From Octopus bimaculoides (Eukaryota), in NCBI RefSeq assembly GCF_001194135.2, contig NC_068994.1:17978558-18042557 (forward strand): a stretch of 64,000 nt of DNA, given 5' to 3'. The notes beneath the pieces are model-generated. The model did not search any database and was not told the DNA's origin. It saw only the letters and a program-made list of their open reading frames with translations. Every line of letters starts with the position of its first letter. Position 1 is the first letter of the stretch. The position numbers and the translations under genes were made by a program. Shown here piece after piece: positions 27,945 through 39,815 of this stretch.

Positions 27945-28330
27945 ATTATCATCATCATTTAATGTCCACCTTCTTTGCTGACAAGGGTTGGATGGTTTGA
28001 CAAAATCCCATCACTCCAAGGTCTGTATCAAGGTACACTGACTGCTCTGGCATGGTTTCTATGGCTGATTTTTTCCTATTACCCGTCACTTTACAGGATA
28101 TACTGGATGCTTTTTTTTTTAAATTGATGGCATGAAAAAAGAACCCAGGTTTTTTTTTTTTTCTTTTGTGCTGATTGCCATGCAGCTCACAAGACTATGA
28201 AACTCAAGTTGAGGAGAGATTAGGGTTAAGGTACAAGAAAGGGGAAGAGTAGAGCAGGTTCCTGTAGAGGAACTACATTGCTACTCACATTTAGAGGAGA
28301 GGATGAGAAAGAACCAGTAGCAGTAGTGAA
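27945..28330 (-). mobile_element. RTE-type 3' end remnant
   Basis: (CAT)n-TTAATGTCC...GGGTTGGATGGTTTGAC...GGTTTCTATGGCTG. Confidence 0.65.
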
Positions 28331-28633
28331 GAGATAAAAAAAGTTAATAAACTGTTGTATACCAATAGTAAAGAAAGTGTTAAATGTTTTACAGAAATCT
28401 TACAAAAAGAAAGCCACATGTTCTTGTATCATCAGACATCATACCTCACACTATGAAGTAAACTTTCTAATTTTACTTACAGCATTAGATTAGCATATGC
28501 TGTGTTATAAGTAAACTTGCTATATTTGATAGTTTATAAGGTGCATGAGTTTATATGATGCATCTCAACAGTAGCAGGCCTTTTCTTCACTCACTACTTG
28601 CCGATAACCTAAACTTTAACTTTGTATTTATAA

Positions 28634-28926
28634 GATACATGCTCAGTGCTTAGGATATTGGGATCACAATCATGTGTTCAATACCAGCGGTGCATTGTGT
28701 CCTTGGGCAAGACACTTTATTTCATGTTGCTCCAGTCCACTCGCCCAGCAAAAATAAGTAACACCTGTATTTCAAAGGACCAGTGTTACACTGAATCTAC
28801 CCAAGAACTACTTTAAGGGTACATGTATATAAGGAATGCTCAGCCACTTGCACATTAATTTCATAAGCAGGCTGTTTCGTTGATCAGATCAACTGGAACC
28901 CTCATCCTCATAACTGACAGAGTGCC
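28634..28926 (+). mobile_element. SINE family S3 (head B + tail X)
   Basis: GTGTCCTTGGGCAAGACACTT...GCTCCAGTCCACTC, then ACCTGTATTTCAAAGG...AAGGGTACATG...CTGGAACCCTC...GAGTGCC. Confidence 0.85.
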
Positions 28927-29437
28927 AGTTTTTAAGATACATACTGATCTTCTGAGATATCTTTTAGTTTTCTTTTGGAAAAGGGAGTGCCTTATTAGCC
29001 ACTAAACCACAGTAATTAATACTGCTTCATTTATTTGGTCACTTTACAAATGCCATTTCTTCTTCCTTGTTTCACTGAAGAATTTATGCTTGTGGAAAGC
29101 AAGAACATAATTGATCATTAAGCATTCCATATAAATCAATTTTACCTATGTAAGAAACTATTTAGATTTTTTTACAGTAAATTAGCTTCAGCTTTAGCAA
29201 CTTTATTTTATTGAGTGAGAAACTTTGGCTGTAAACATTACTTATAATATGAAAACATTGCTACATTTGTTTCATGCAAATATTGCCAAGCTAACAGATT
29301 ACCTTTTAAACTTGCTTTTTTTTTATGTCTGATTCTTAACAACACACTAATGTAATGTATCTATTTCCATTTTCACTCTTTGATTTTCCCCACTTATTTA
29401 GCTTGAATTTTTTTTTCTTTTTTTTTTTTCTGTTCAG

Positions 29438-29554
29438 CAGAACTACAAAACTTCAACTGTGAAGCAAAGCTGTACCAAATGTCATGTGCCAGATGTTGGC
29501 AAAACTCCAAAAGGGAATAGGATTTTGCAAAGATATGCAGTTTCAGTCTCGTGA
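29438..29554 (+). CDS. Candidate terminal exon (QNYKTSTVKQSCTKCHVPDVGKTPKGNRILQRYAVSVS*)
   Basis: Long poly-T tract plus tgttcag| acceptor and a 38-codon open frame; no upstream partner identified. Confidence 0.2.
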   Translation, partial: QNYKTSTVKQSCTKCHVPDVGKTPKGNRILQRYAVSVS

Positions 29555-29936
29555 AAATTCTAATTAACTTCACTAAAGTAACACATCCTTTTGTTTACCT
29601 TTTTCAGTTAAGTGGTTGACAAATCAAGACTAGCAACTAAGTATCAGCCCAACAGTATCAGAAAAACAGCATGTTTTGTATTTAGGAAGAACTAGTTAGA
29701 ATCACAGCATTGGGTAGTCAGTACAAACACAGACTACCCAAACTAACAGGGAGACACAACTTCAGGTGCATTAGATACTCTGAAGTATCTAACAGCATGA
29801 GTAGTTATGGACTAATGACCATACACTGATCAAGCAGTTAAGTACAAAGTTGCAATATTTAGATATTATTAGATAGATAGCAGAAGAGTTGCTTTGTGTC
29901 CATGTGAGGAACTGTTAATAACAATGTATTTCTTAC

Positions 29937-30013
29937 TCTTTGTAAGAGGAAAATTATATGAGGCGTACAATCTGTGGGTACAACAGCTTATCAAGTAAGA
30001 CATGCAATATGTT
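29937..30013 (-). CDS. Candidate exon of the minus-strand gene (TYCMSYLISCCTHRLYASYNFPLTK; phase 2 to 1)
   Basis: Acceptor gtttccctttcag|, donor AGA|gtaaga, single open frame. Confidence 0.45.
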
Positions 30014-31750
30014 CTGAAAGGGAAACCTAATTAGTGAATGCTAAACAACTGAAACAATTGAAAAAGTATGGTTTGCTGAATGTTCAGTGTTTACAGGCTT
30101 AGAGAATTTGTGTGCAAGAGATTTAAGAAAGTGATTAAGTTTTCATGAGAGAAAATAAGTCTGGTTTGGATGTGTAATGTAAAGAGATGATACAGGCTTG
30201 ATATAAATATTAACAAACATTGTTGATTCAAATTATCTATAGTAGAGGTACTTTAATATTAAAACAAGGAAGAAAAAGTCATACTAAACATAAGAAAATT
30301 AGTCAAGGATGTTTCACCAATCTTTTTTTCTACTTGCTGTATATAGGAGAAAGCTGTAATGCCCATAGCTTTCATAGACCCTTCTAGACCAGTGAGATAG
30401 ATGCCATTAATATACTTCTTGAACTTTGCAAGTCAATATCTGCAGGAAAGACATAAGCAGAATGCTAAAGGACCAACATTCTGGGAAGGGATGACTGTAT
30501 GTAGGGATTAGCAAGCAATAAGAATCTAATTAGAAATAATTAGGTGATGAGGAAAAGGCATTATCTCAATGACTAATATTATTTTAATTATGTCAACAAG
30601 TATGGGAGACAACTCAGAACATGATTCAATTTAATAGATCTCAGCAAAGTCCTTCACTGTTCATGCCAAAATAATAAGAGAAACTAGATGCCTCACTTTC
30701 CAATATTTCATATGAGGTGTGAAAAATTAGAATATCTTAGAAAATAAATTTGAGAAATTATTCAAAGTTGTCTCTTGTACTTGCCAAAGTAATTTGAAAT
30801 AACATTAGTCATTGACTAATATTTGCTTTTTTTCCCATGTAATTATCTCTAATTACCTTTCTAATGCTCACTACATTAAATATGTCAGTAATAACTTAAA
30901 AGTTATTTTTCATGTGGATTGTGTCTTCAAGCAATTTCATCCCCAGTAATATATCACATTTTCCAAAATAAGAAAATTAGGCTCCATAGATGAATCAAAA
31001 TGTGAAGAAAGAAGCTGTTCTGTAGTGAGTTCAATCAATGAGAGAAAAATAATCATTAAAACATTGATGCTGCTGCTGATGATGATGAGGGTGGTGGTGG
31101 TGGTGGTGTGGCAGGGTGATGATGACGGTGATAGCATAGTAATGATGATGGAAATGATGGTAGTGGTAGTGGTGGTGGTCGTGTAGTGATGATGATGGGG
31201 AGGAGGACGACAATAAGATTCTTACTAAAATAATCCAGTTTTGTTTGTAGTTGTTTTGCCTTTTAATTAAAGTTGTGTTAATGTGTGCATGTGCACTCAT
31301 ATGCAAGCACATGACATAGTAAAGAACAAGCTACCTAATTATGCAAATAAAATATCATTGCACTGTTGAGCAACAGCAGCAGTAGCCAGCTTTGCTGCTG
31401 CCACCACTACCACCATCAACATCATCAACATTATTTTGTGCCCACTTTTCCATGGGTTAGATGGGTTTTCTGAAGCAGTGTTCTACAGCTGGACACCCTT
31501 CTAGTCCCCAACCATTTTGTTCATATCTCACAATGCAAGAACATAGTATGATTATTCTAAAACCAAGGCAAACACTGCACTATCAATGCATTCTTGATTA
31601 CTGCATTATATGTTAACTGGTTGAGGATCTTTGAGATACTAGATAAAAAATTAAACACATTACACAACAACATCCCAACAACTGAGTCATATACAGCAAG
31701 CTTCCCAGAAACTATGAGATTTGAACTCAAAATCATATACTACTCATTGA

Positions 31751-32136
31751 TGTTGTTGGCACTCCGTCGCTTACGACATCGAGGGTTCCAGTCGATCCAC
31801 TCAACGGAACAGCCTGCTCGTGAAATTAACATGCAAGTGGCTGAGCACTCCACAGACACATGTACCCTTAACGTAGTTCTCGGGGATATTCAGCGTAACA
31901 CAGTGTGACAAGGCTGGCCCTTTGAAATACAGGTACAACAGAAACAGGAAGAAAGAGTGAGAGAAAGTTGTGGTGGAAGAGTACAGCAGGGTTCACCACC
32001 ATCCCCTGCCGGAGCTTTGTAGAGCTTTTAGGTGTTTTCGCTCAATAAACACTCACAACGCCCAGTCTTGGAATCGAAACTGCGATCCTATGACTGCAAG
32101 TTCGCTGCCCTAACCACTGGGCCATTGCGCCTCCAC
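31751..32136 (-). mobile_element. SINE family S3 (head A + tail X)
   Basis: Reverse complement GTGGAGGCGCAATGGCCCAGTGGTTAGG..GAGCGAAAACACCTAA.. joined to ACCTGTATTTCAAAGG..GAGTGCC; (CAA)n tail; CpGs retained. Confidence 0.9.
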
Positions 32137-32446
32137 TACTCATTGATATATACTAATCATATACCACTCAATTATCTGTGAGTTTTAGCTAGTATATAAA
32201 ATAATGCAACAACTCAAGCGGAAAACAAAGGTCATGATCCATGAGTTGAATCATTAATGCTTTACCAAATTGGTCTTCAAGATCAGAAACCTAAATGAGA
32301 AAAAAAAATCTCTTAACTTTTTTCATACCAACACTCCTGAGACCACCCATGGTTTTATGATACAAATTTCTTGTTTCAAAGTGCTTCAGATTAAAACCTA
32401 CCATCAAAATTTAATTTTAATTTATATTCTAATCACTAGCTTAATG

Positions 32447-32660
32447 GTTCTTTCTACTATAGGTACAAGGCCTGAAATTTTAGGGGAGGGATCTATTGAT
32501 TATATTGACCCCACTGCTCGACTGGTACTTATTTTATCACATCTGAAAGGATGAAAGGAAAAGCTGACCTTGGCAGAATTTAAGCTCAGAATATAAAGCC
32601 AGAAAAAATGTCACTTTGCATTTTGTCTGGTGAGCTAACAAATCTGCAAGCTTACCACTT
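32447..32660 (-). mobile_element. SINE family S2 (diverged)
   Basis: AAGGCCTGAAATTTT..GACCCCACTG..AAAGGATGAAAGGAAAAGCTGACC. Confidence 0.8.
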
Positions 32661-33840
32661 TAATACCTGCTTAATAATGATAAAGTACTGTTGAGAAATT
32701 TTTCATAATTTTCAAAATTAATTGAAACAAAGGCCGTATATTTCGTCAGAAATATGGTAATGAAAATGTTAAAATTGGTATTTGAGAGGCAAAATGTTTC
32801 AAGCAGAAACTGTGCCTAGCTAGATGTTTAAAGTAATGGCATGTGATACAAGATGTTTTAAATTAATGACGACAAACCCAATAGTTCAAATTTTGATAGA
32901 CAGTGTGATGTGCCCCTGAACAACATAGAATTTCCTGTATGCTTCTTTCAGAAACATAGACGAAAATAGGTGCCAATCCTGTTTTTCTCAGTATATAAGG
33001 AAATATATATAAAAAAGGATATATAACATGTACAATTATTTCATGCTCTGATATATTGCATATGCAAATATTTCAATTTTCAGATTCTTCTTTTCCTACT
33101 TTAGCAGAGATAGATGGATGACCAACTATTTAAAGGTAGTGGGGAGTACATTTTGATCTATATAGATTTATATCTTTTAATAAAAGACATATGGTACATT
33201 GTTTATATGTGTAGTATGTAATATTTATAACTAACTGCCATAAGGGAATTTTTACACAACCTAGACTAGGCACTAGCACATCGCCTTCATTAGATTAATG
33301 TAATTTTCTAAATAGCGTTTATTTTTTTTAAACATGATTATTATTATAGTTGCTGTTGTCTTTCTTACCATTTTCCTTTATTATTTGGAGTAGAGAAGTG
33401 TTTTGTAAATAAAATATCTTCAATTCAAAGGGAAATTTTAGGTGTGTTCCTGACTTTTTTTCTAAAGAAAACATTCTCAAAAGTTAACACAAATGGGGCT
33501 ATTTCTTTCATTATTTTTTTCAAACACTGAAAATGTTTTATCTAAACTAAATCATTACAAGCATGACATTTCATTGTATTGTTAATGACCCAATGAAAGA
33601 TATGTATGTTATAAACTTGGCTGAATTTCTCCTTATCTAAAAGTCTAAGGCACCTTGCCTATATAAGAAGAAATTGTTATATTTAATCTATAATAAATCT
33701 CTGAGCAAAGATATAAACAGTAGAAATACAGAATCGTAACATATAATTGCCAACCAAGTGTGGCATCCTGTAAAGGACAGCACACTTGTCATGAAAACAG
33801 AGAGGTGTGGGTTTGAGTCCCAGGCATATAGAAAACTTAC

Positions 33841-33915
33841 TTTTTTCTGTTGAGGGCTTATATGCCCCAATATTAGACTATTTTCTTCAGTTAATACACA
33901 GTGATTGCTTATAAG
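33841..33915 (-). CDS. Candidate exon of the minus-strand gene (LISNHCVLTEENSLILGHISPQQKK; phase 0 to 0)
   Basis: Good donor AAA|gtaagt and in frame with 35188-35359, but needs a weak AAG acceptor. Confidence 0.3.
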
Positions 33916-33955
33916 CTTTAAGCTTATAAAATATTATTATTATTTACAGAATTAC

Positions 33956-34166
33956 AAGGTGGTGAGCTGACAGAGTTGTTAGCACACTGGACAAAATGAT
34001 TATTCGTATTTTGCCTATTGCTACATTCTGAGTTCAAATTTCGCCAAGGTCAACTTTGCCTTTCATTCTTTCAGGGTCGGTAAATTAAGTACCACTGGGG
34101 TTGATGTAATCAACTAGTCACTCCCACCCCAAATTTTAGGCCTTGTGCCTTTAGTAGAAAGGATTC
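33956..34166 (+). mobile_element. SINE family S2
   Basis: GGTGAGCTGACAGAG..CTGAGTTCAAATT..GGTCAACTTTGCCTTTCATTC..GGCCTTGTGCC..GTAGAAAGGATT. Confidence 0.9.
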
Positions 34167-34240
34167 TTTACAGAATTGTAAAATCAACACTGTTTATCAA
34201 ATCATTGCAGAAAACATACATGTTCAGTTATATATATATA

Positions 34241-34440
34241 CAGGGGTTGGACAAAATAATGGAAACACCTAGAATCATAGTATCATAATATTGAAATATC
34301 TTTAAAACTGTCAAAAGCTTGTTTATTTTTATGTTTTTTAGTTTATTATTAGTGTTGCTTAATATGTTTTGCTGAGTCAAACTGTTATGCAACTCCTACC
34401 AAATGTGTTGAATGCCACTTTCTTTTGTTTACCTGCCCAT
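34241..34440 (+). mobile_element. Tc1-type 5' TIR fragment
   Basis: TA|CAGGGGTTGGACAAAATAATGGAAACACCT. Confidence 0.65.
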
Positions 34441-34528
34441 TTGTGCCTACACACACACACACACACACACATACTCTACTCTTCTGCCCATGCTCTTCCT
34501 GTTGCCATATATATATGTGTGTGTGTGT

Positions 34529-34683
34529 GAGGCGTGGTTGTGTGGTAAGTTTGCTTGCCAACCACATGGTTAGGGGTTCAGTTGCACAATGTGGCATCTT
34601 GGGCAAGTGTCTTCTACTATAACCTCAGACCAACCAAAGCCTGGTGAGTGGATTTGATAGATGGAAACTGAGAGAAGACTGTG

Positions 34684-34740
<57 letters not shown>

Positions 34741-34951
34741 TTTGTATCTGTGTTTGTCTCCCATCACCGCTTGACAACTGGTGTTGGTGTGTTTACATCC
34801 CTGTAACTTAGCAGTTCAGCAACAATGACTGATAGAATAAGTACCAGCTTTTACGAAAAACCAATAAGTACTGCGGTTGATAAGGTCAGCTAAAATTCGT
34901 CAATGTGGTGCCCCAGCATGTCTGCAGTCTAATAACTAAACAAGTAAAAGA
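34529..34951 (+). mobile_element. SINE family S1 (CORE-like, internal (TG)n), full length
   Basis: TGTGTGGTAAG..GGGTTCAG..GGCATCTTGGGCAAGTGTCTT..(TG)n..GATAGAATAAGTAC..AAACAAGTAAAAG. Confidence 0.9.
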
Positions 34952-35187
34952 TATGTGTGTGTGTGTGTGAGTATACACATCTATCCTACCCCTCTAACCC
35001 TGTTCAACTGTAAGGTGAGAAAAGTGTTCAGTTCAGTGCCATGTTTACAGAGTAACAAATCGTCAGCCACATTATCCAAGCTCACAACTCTCTTTCAGTT
35101 AAAATTATACAAACACTTTACTTGACACAGCATGCATCTTGGAAATCCATCACATTTTATGTATTACATTAAAAACAAATAGCTTAC

Positions 35188-35359
35188 TTCTAGTGGAGGG
35201 TCGGTAAGTTGGAATATGTGATCGTGGAGAGGAATGTTTTTTAGAACAGCACCTGTGATGCATATTGCCAGGCTGACTGCACTAAGTGCAGGAGTACCTG
35301 AAAGCCACTTTTTAATTGGTGAATCTGGTGGTAAGATTATTTCAGATTTGCATTTTCCT
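35188..35359 (-). CDS. Internal coding exon of an unidentified protein (GKCKSEIILPPDSPIKKWLSGTPALSAVSLAICITGAVLKNIPLHDHIFQLTDPPLE; phase 2 to 0)
   Basis: Acceptor tctttctattccag|, donor GAA|gtaagc, one open frame, phase matches exon 44472-44668. Confidence 0.8.
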
Positions 35360-35493
35360 CTGGAATAGAAAGATTCAGAAAAATAATTTGATAAGAAATA
35401 AAAATATAAAAGATATTCAATTAGCATACTAAACATTGCATAGCTTTTATTAAGTTGTCATTATTATTACTGACCAATGTTGTTTAACTTTAA

Positions 35494-36320
35494 TCCTTTA
35501 ATATTCAAACCAATCGTATCCAGCCCAAATATCCCACTGCTTTATGTTCAAACTGATCAGATTGGGCCTCTCACACCTGTTCTTCAATGTCATTTTAAAA
35601 ATAAACAATCACATCATTGAAATCTTGAAGCTACAAGATGCTCTTTTACTCTTTTACTTGTTTCAATCATTTGACTGCAACCATGCTGGAGCACTGCCTT
35701 TAGTCAAGCAAATCAACCCTAGGACTTATTCTTTGTAAGCCTAGTACTTATTCTATCGATCTCTTTTGCCGAACCGCTAAGTTACGGGGATGTAAACACA
35801 CCAGCATCGGTTGTCAACCGGTGTTTGGGGGGGGGGACAAACACATATAGACACACATACATATATATATATATACGACAGGCTTCTTTCAGTTTCCGTC
35901 TACCAGATCCACTCACAAGGCTTTAGTCGGCCCAAGGCTATAGTAGAAGACACTTGCCCAAGGTGCCACGCAGTGGGACTGAACCCGAAACCATGTGGTT
36001 GGTAAGCAAGCTACTTACCACACAGCCACTCCTGCGTCTATAATGCATGATTAATTCAAAACAATGTGAATATATAAGTATTATATTTAATAGAGTAATC
36101 TGAATACTAAAGGGTTAAAACAGCCATATCCAGCCAAAATATTCCATGTTTTGTGTTCAAACTGACTAGATCCAGACCTTACACCTACCCTACAATGTCA
36201 TTCTAAAAATAAACAATCATGTCAGTGAAATCTTGAAGCTAAAAGATAATGCATAATGAATTCAATACAATATGAACAAATAAGCATTACATTTGACAGA
36301 GTAATCTGAATGCTAAAGGG
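35494..36320. mobile_element. piggyBac-like MITE interrupted by a SINE (35494-36114), followed by a tandem 5'-truncated copy (36119-36320)
   Basis: TTAA at 35490-35493, 36115-36118 and 36321-36324; body homologous to 4583-4800. Confidence 0.75.
35641..36035 (-). mobile_element. SINE family S1, full length, CpG-rich (probably young)
   Basis: Reverse complement GCAGGAGTGGCTGTGTGGTAAGTAGC..GGCACCTTGGGCAAGTGTC..(TA)(TG)..GAAACAAGTAAAAGAGTAAAAGAG. Confidence 0.95.
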
Positions 36321-37266
36321 TTAAGCCAGCCCTGACTAAGCAGATTTATGATCAAAGGCAATCCAGCTACAAAGAGCTATAAATTTAGAATTATATCATT
36401 CAATATATTCTTCCATTTTACGCTAACAGAGTATAATCCGAGGGGCTTTGTTTGCTGTTTCTAGCAGATCAAATTACTGTGGCTTATTATTTATTGAGTT
36501 TGTAAGGTAGGCAGACACTTACAAACACCAAACCATATATTAATTTAAGAGTTCAAATTCCAAGCACAAGGAACATACTGGTTTCTGAGCAAAACATAAC
36601 TCTACCTGTGCTGGTTTTCCAAACTGAAAATTGCTACCAAGCTATACAAAGAAGTTAATTAGCAGCAGAGAAGTGATCAATCAAATACAAGCTCAGCCAT
36701 GGCTGTGTGGTTAAGAAATTCACTTCACAATCTTGTGATTTCAGGTTCAATTCCTTTATGTTATATCTCAGGCAAATGTCTTCTACTGTAACCTCTAATC
36801 AGTTAACCAACATTTTTTGAGTAGAATCTGATAGATGGAAACTATGCAGAAATCCATCAGGTGAAACAAACATAGGAGAAGCTTTGTCTTCTAGAAACTA
36901 CAGGAACTTCTCCTGATGATGACTAGAGCTCTTCTGATGATGATGACTAGAGCTTTCACAATGTTGGAAACCCTTCTGCATCTTCAGCATGCATCTGTGT
37001 CTATGCTTAAGGTTGTGCCAGCCTAAAGAACATGTATGTTTATCATTGTACCTCTTTATATCCTACAGGTTTGACAAATAGAGATTAATAAAATAATACC
37101 AGACTGAAAGAGATACTGAGATCAATATGATTAATTGAACCCTTGACTGGAGTGCTCCAGCATGGCCAAGAGTCCATTGCCTGCAACCAGCAAAGGAATA
37201 ATATTGAAAACTTGTAAGGATCTCTTGCAGTAAAAGTTTCATTTTTACTGGGGTGAGGTGCACAAT

Positions 37267-37581
37267 TGTGGAGGTGCAATGGCCCAGTGGTTAGGGCAGC
37301 AGACTCGCGGTCGGAGGATCGCAGTTTTGATTCCCAGACCGGGCGTTGTGAGTGTTTATTGAGCGAAAACACCTAAGCTCCACGAGGCTCCGGCAGCGGG
37401 GTGGAGACCCCTGTTGTACTCTTTCACCTCAACTTTCTCTTACTCTTTCTTCTCGTTTCTTGAGTAACGCTGCGATGGACTGGCATCCCGTCCAGCTGGA
37501 GAGAACACAAATGCCATAGAAACCGGGAAACTGGGGCCATGAGCCTAGCTAGGCTTTGAAAGGGTGAAGAAAAAAAAAGGG
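37267..37581 (+). mobile_element. SINE family S3 (head A + tail Y) with 10-bp TSD
   Basis: TSD GGTGCACAAT at 37257-37266 and 37582-37591; A-rich tail. Confidence 0.92.
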
Positions 37582-37666
37582 GGTGCACAATCATCATCTT
37601 ATAAAGAATGAGGAGATTGATGAAATATATTTAGTTATTTAATTCAGCAGAACATGTGACTATATA

Positions 37667-38686
37667 GGAACTTTTCTGTTTGGTTTCCAGCGGCGCGACT
37701 GCCAGTGTCAATTTTCTGTTTGAATTGATTTCATATTCAGTGTAATGACACTCTTATTGGTTATTAAATGATGTGAAAGTAATTTTCACTATAAATCAAT
37801 AAATAAAGAGTTATTAGTAATTAAAGTTTGAAAGTTTTGGTAATTTTAGCCAATCGTAAGCCACAGACACATTCATGGCTGTTTCAGTAGTAAGAAGCAG
37901 AACATGAGAACTCCTTTGTCTCTCGACGTTGCTGTTGCCATAGTAACAAGCGAATCCAAGCAGTCTTTGAAAAGTCTTATCTGCAAGGAAGCATGTGTTG
38001 ACAAATTTGATGCTGTGTTTTGTGTGATTATGGCAGCAAGCTCAAACATATTAAAACTGTTTGTTTAATGTTTGTTTCTTTTTGTCATTGAGCATTGAGG
38101 TGGTTGTGAGGTGTGCTAAAAATAACAGCTAAATAAGATCTTTTGGATAAATATTTTAAATTAAAGTCTGTTTGCCAGCATCTTGCCCAGAGATTTAAAA
38201 CTAACTGTTTTTCGCTTTTAAACATAAACATTTATTTACATGAAAGTACTGGAGAACTTTCATCTAATTCTTTCTGTTAAAAATTGTAATGTGTTTATCG
38301 CATGTAACATGTTGTTTATTGCATTTGCATTAAACACTGGTGGTTGTGAGGTGTGCTAAAAATAACAGCTAAATAAGATTTATTTACACGAAAGGAAATT
38401 ACCGGAAACTTAACACGTTATTTACAAATATTGACAACACGTGCCATTTTCAGGATGTTGATGACAAATGTGCAGTCACGCACAAAATAACAGTTTCCAA
38501 ATCCTGTTTCCTGACCAGGTGAAAATGACCATACTTAAAACCTCTATAACTTTTTTAAAACATTTTCCGGGAAAAAAACAAATAACTCCAGCAATTCAGT
38601 TTGGGAAAGTGTATTATTGTGCCAAATTTAAAATTTTCGGTAAATTTTAATTTTTGGAGCCACTGGCAACCAAACAGAAAAGATCC
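37667..38686. mobile_element. Non-autonomous TIR element (~1020 bp), TA-flanked, superfamily unassigned
   Basis: Left GGAACTTTTCTGTTTGGTTTCCAGCGG versus reverse complement of right end GGATCTTTTCTGTTTGGTTGCCAGTGG (24/27); TA on both sides; internal direct repeat of ~40 bp at 38101 and 38341. Confidence 0.7.
37934..37947. promoter_or_regulatory. RFX X-box-like motif
   Basis: GTTGCCATAGTAAC fits the GTNRCC-ATR-GYAAC consensus; CCAAT at about 37850. Confidence 0.45.
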
Positions 38687-39283
38687 TAGGGTTCTATTCA
38701 AGTAGAAGTTTGTCTCACATTTATTAGCAAAAGGCTATGGGCCTAAACACTAATCTAATGGTTCACTGGAAGATGTAGCAGGATTAATTTCAATTAATTT
38801 TGGATTATCTACATCAAACAGGGTGCATGACTAACCAGGAAAAACTAATGGAACAATAATTATTAATCTAAGACCAGAGTAGCAATAAGAGAAGCAAAAT
38901 AAAATTGATATGACAGAATAGTGATAAAAAAAAAAACAGTTAATCCTTTTTATAGCCTAGATGAAAGTATGACTACACTCCCATCAGAGCATCAACACTT
39001 TAAGCTATAATTCCAAATATAGTTCCGAAACTTTGGTAGTACATCTATCTTTGAATACAAACTGATGGTGTTAGGGTCTTGATCATAGATATTCTCGGTG
39101 ATTACACCAGTGATGTAATAAAAATTATTTTAACGATGTATCTAATAAGTAGAGAAATTTGATGGATTCAATAGAAGAAAAAGCTAAATTTTGATTATTT
39201 TCCAATTTTATTTGGTGGCCTTTACAGTATTTAAACATCTTTGCCCTTTTAATCATGGCATGTGTATATATATATATATATAT

Positions 39284-39815
39284 ATCATCATCATCATCAT
39301 CGTTTAACGTCCGCTTTCCATGCTAGCATGGGTTGGACGATTTGACTGAGGACTGGCGAACCAGATGGCTACACCAGGCTCCAATCTGATTTGGCAGAGT
39401 TTCTACAGCTGGATGCCCTTCCTAACACCAACCACTCCGAGAGTGTAGTGGGTGCTTTTACGTGTCACCCGCACGAAGGCCAGTCAGGCGGTACTGGCAA
39501 CGGCCATGCTCAAAATGGTGTATTTTATGTGCCACCCGCACAAGAGCCAGTCCAGCGGCACTGGCAACGATCTCGCTCGAAAGTCCTTACACATGCCACG
39601 AACACAAGTGCCAGAAAGGCAACGCTGGGCACAGGTGCCATCAAGATTTCGCTTTCGCTTGCCCCAACAGGTCTTCGCAAGCCGAGTTTTGTGTCCAATG
39701 AAGGAGACGACGTTGACATGGGTGCCAGTCATCGAATTTAGCTCGATTTCGATTTCACTTGCCTCAACAGGTCTTTGCAAGTAGAGTTTAGTGTCCAATG
39801 AAGGAAAGGTATGCA
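39284..39815 (-). mobile_element. RTE-type 3' UTR, CpG-rich (probably young), with ~100-bp internal duplication
   Basis: (ATC)n-GTTTAACGTCCGCTTTCCATGCTAGCATGGG; duplicated CTTGCC.CAACAGGTCTT.GCAAG..GAGTTT.GTGTCCAATGAAGGA. Confidence 0.85.

Noticed and set aside
30290-30700. Open minus frame KFKKYINGIYLTGLEGSMKAMGITAFSYIQQ as a host exon
   Set aside because: The good acceptor gives stops in all frames, the donor is weak, and plus-strand words (SQGC..LF, IDLSK) hint at a LINE remnant instead.
36915-36975. Duplicated CTGATGATGACTAGAGCT with downstream GAAAC (hammerhead or C/D snoRNA?)
   Set aside because: No convincing stem I or II pairing, and C-to-D box spacing is too short; best seen as a small tandem duplication.
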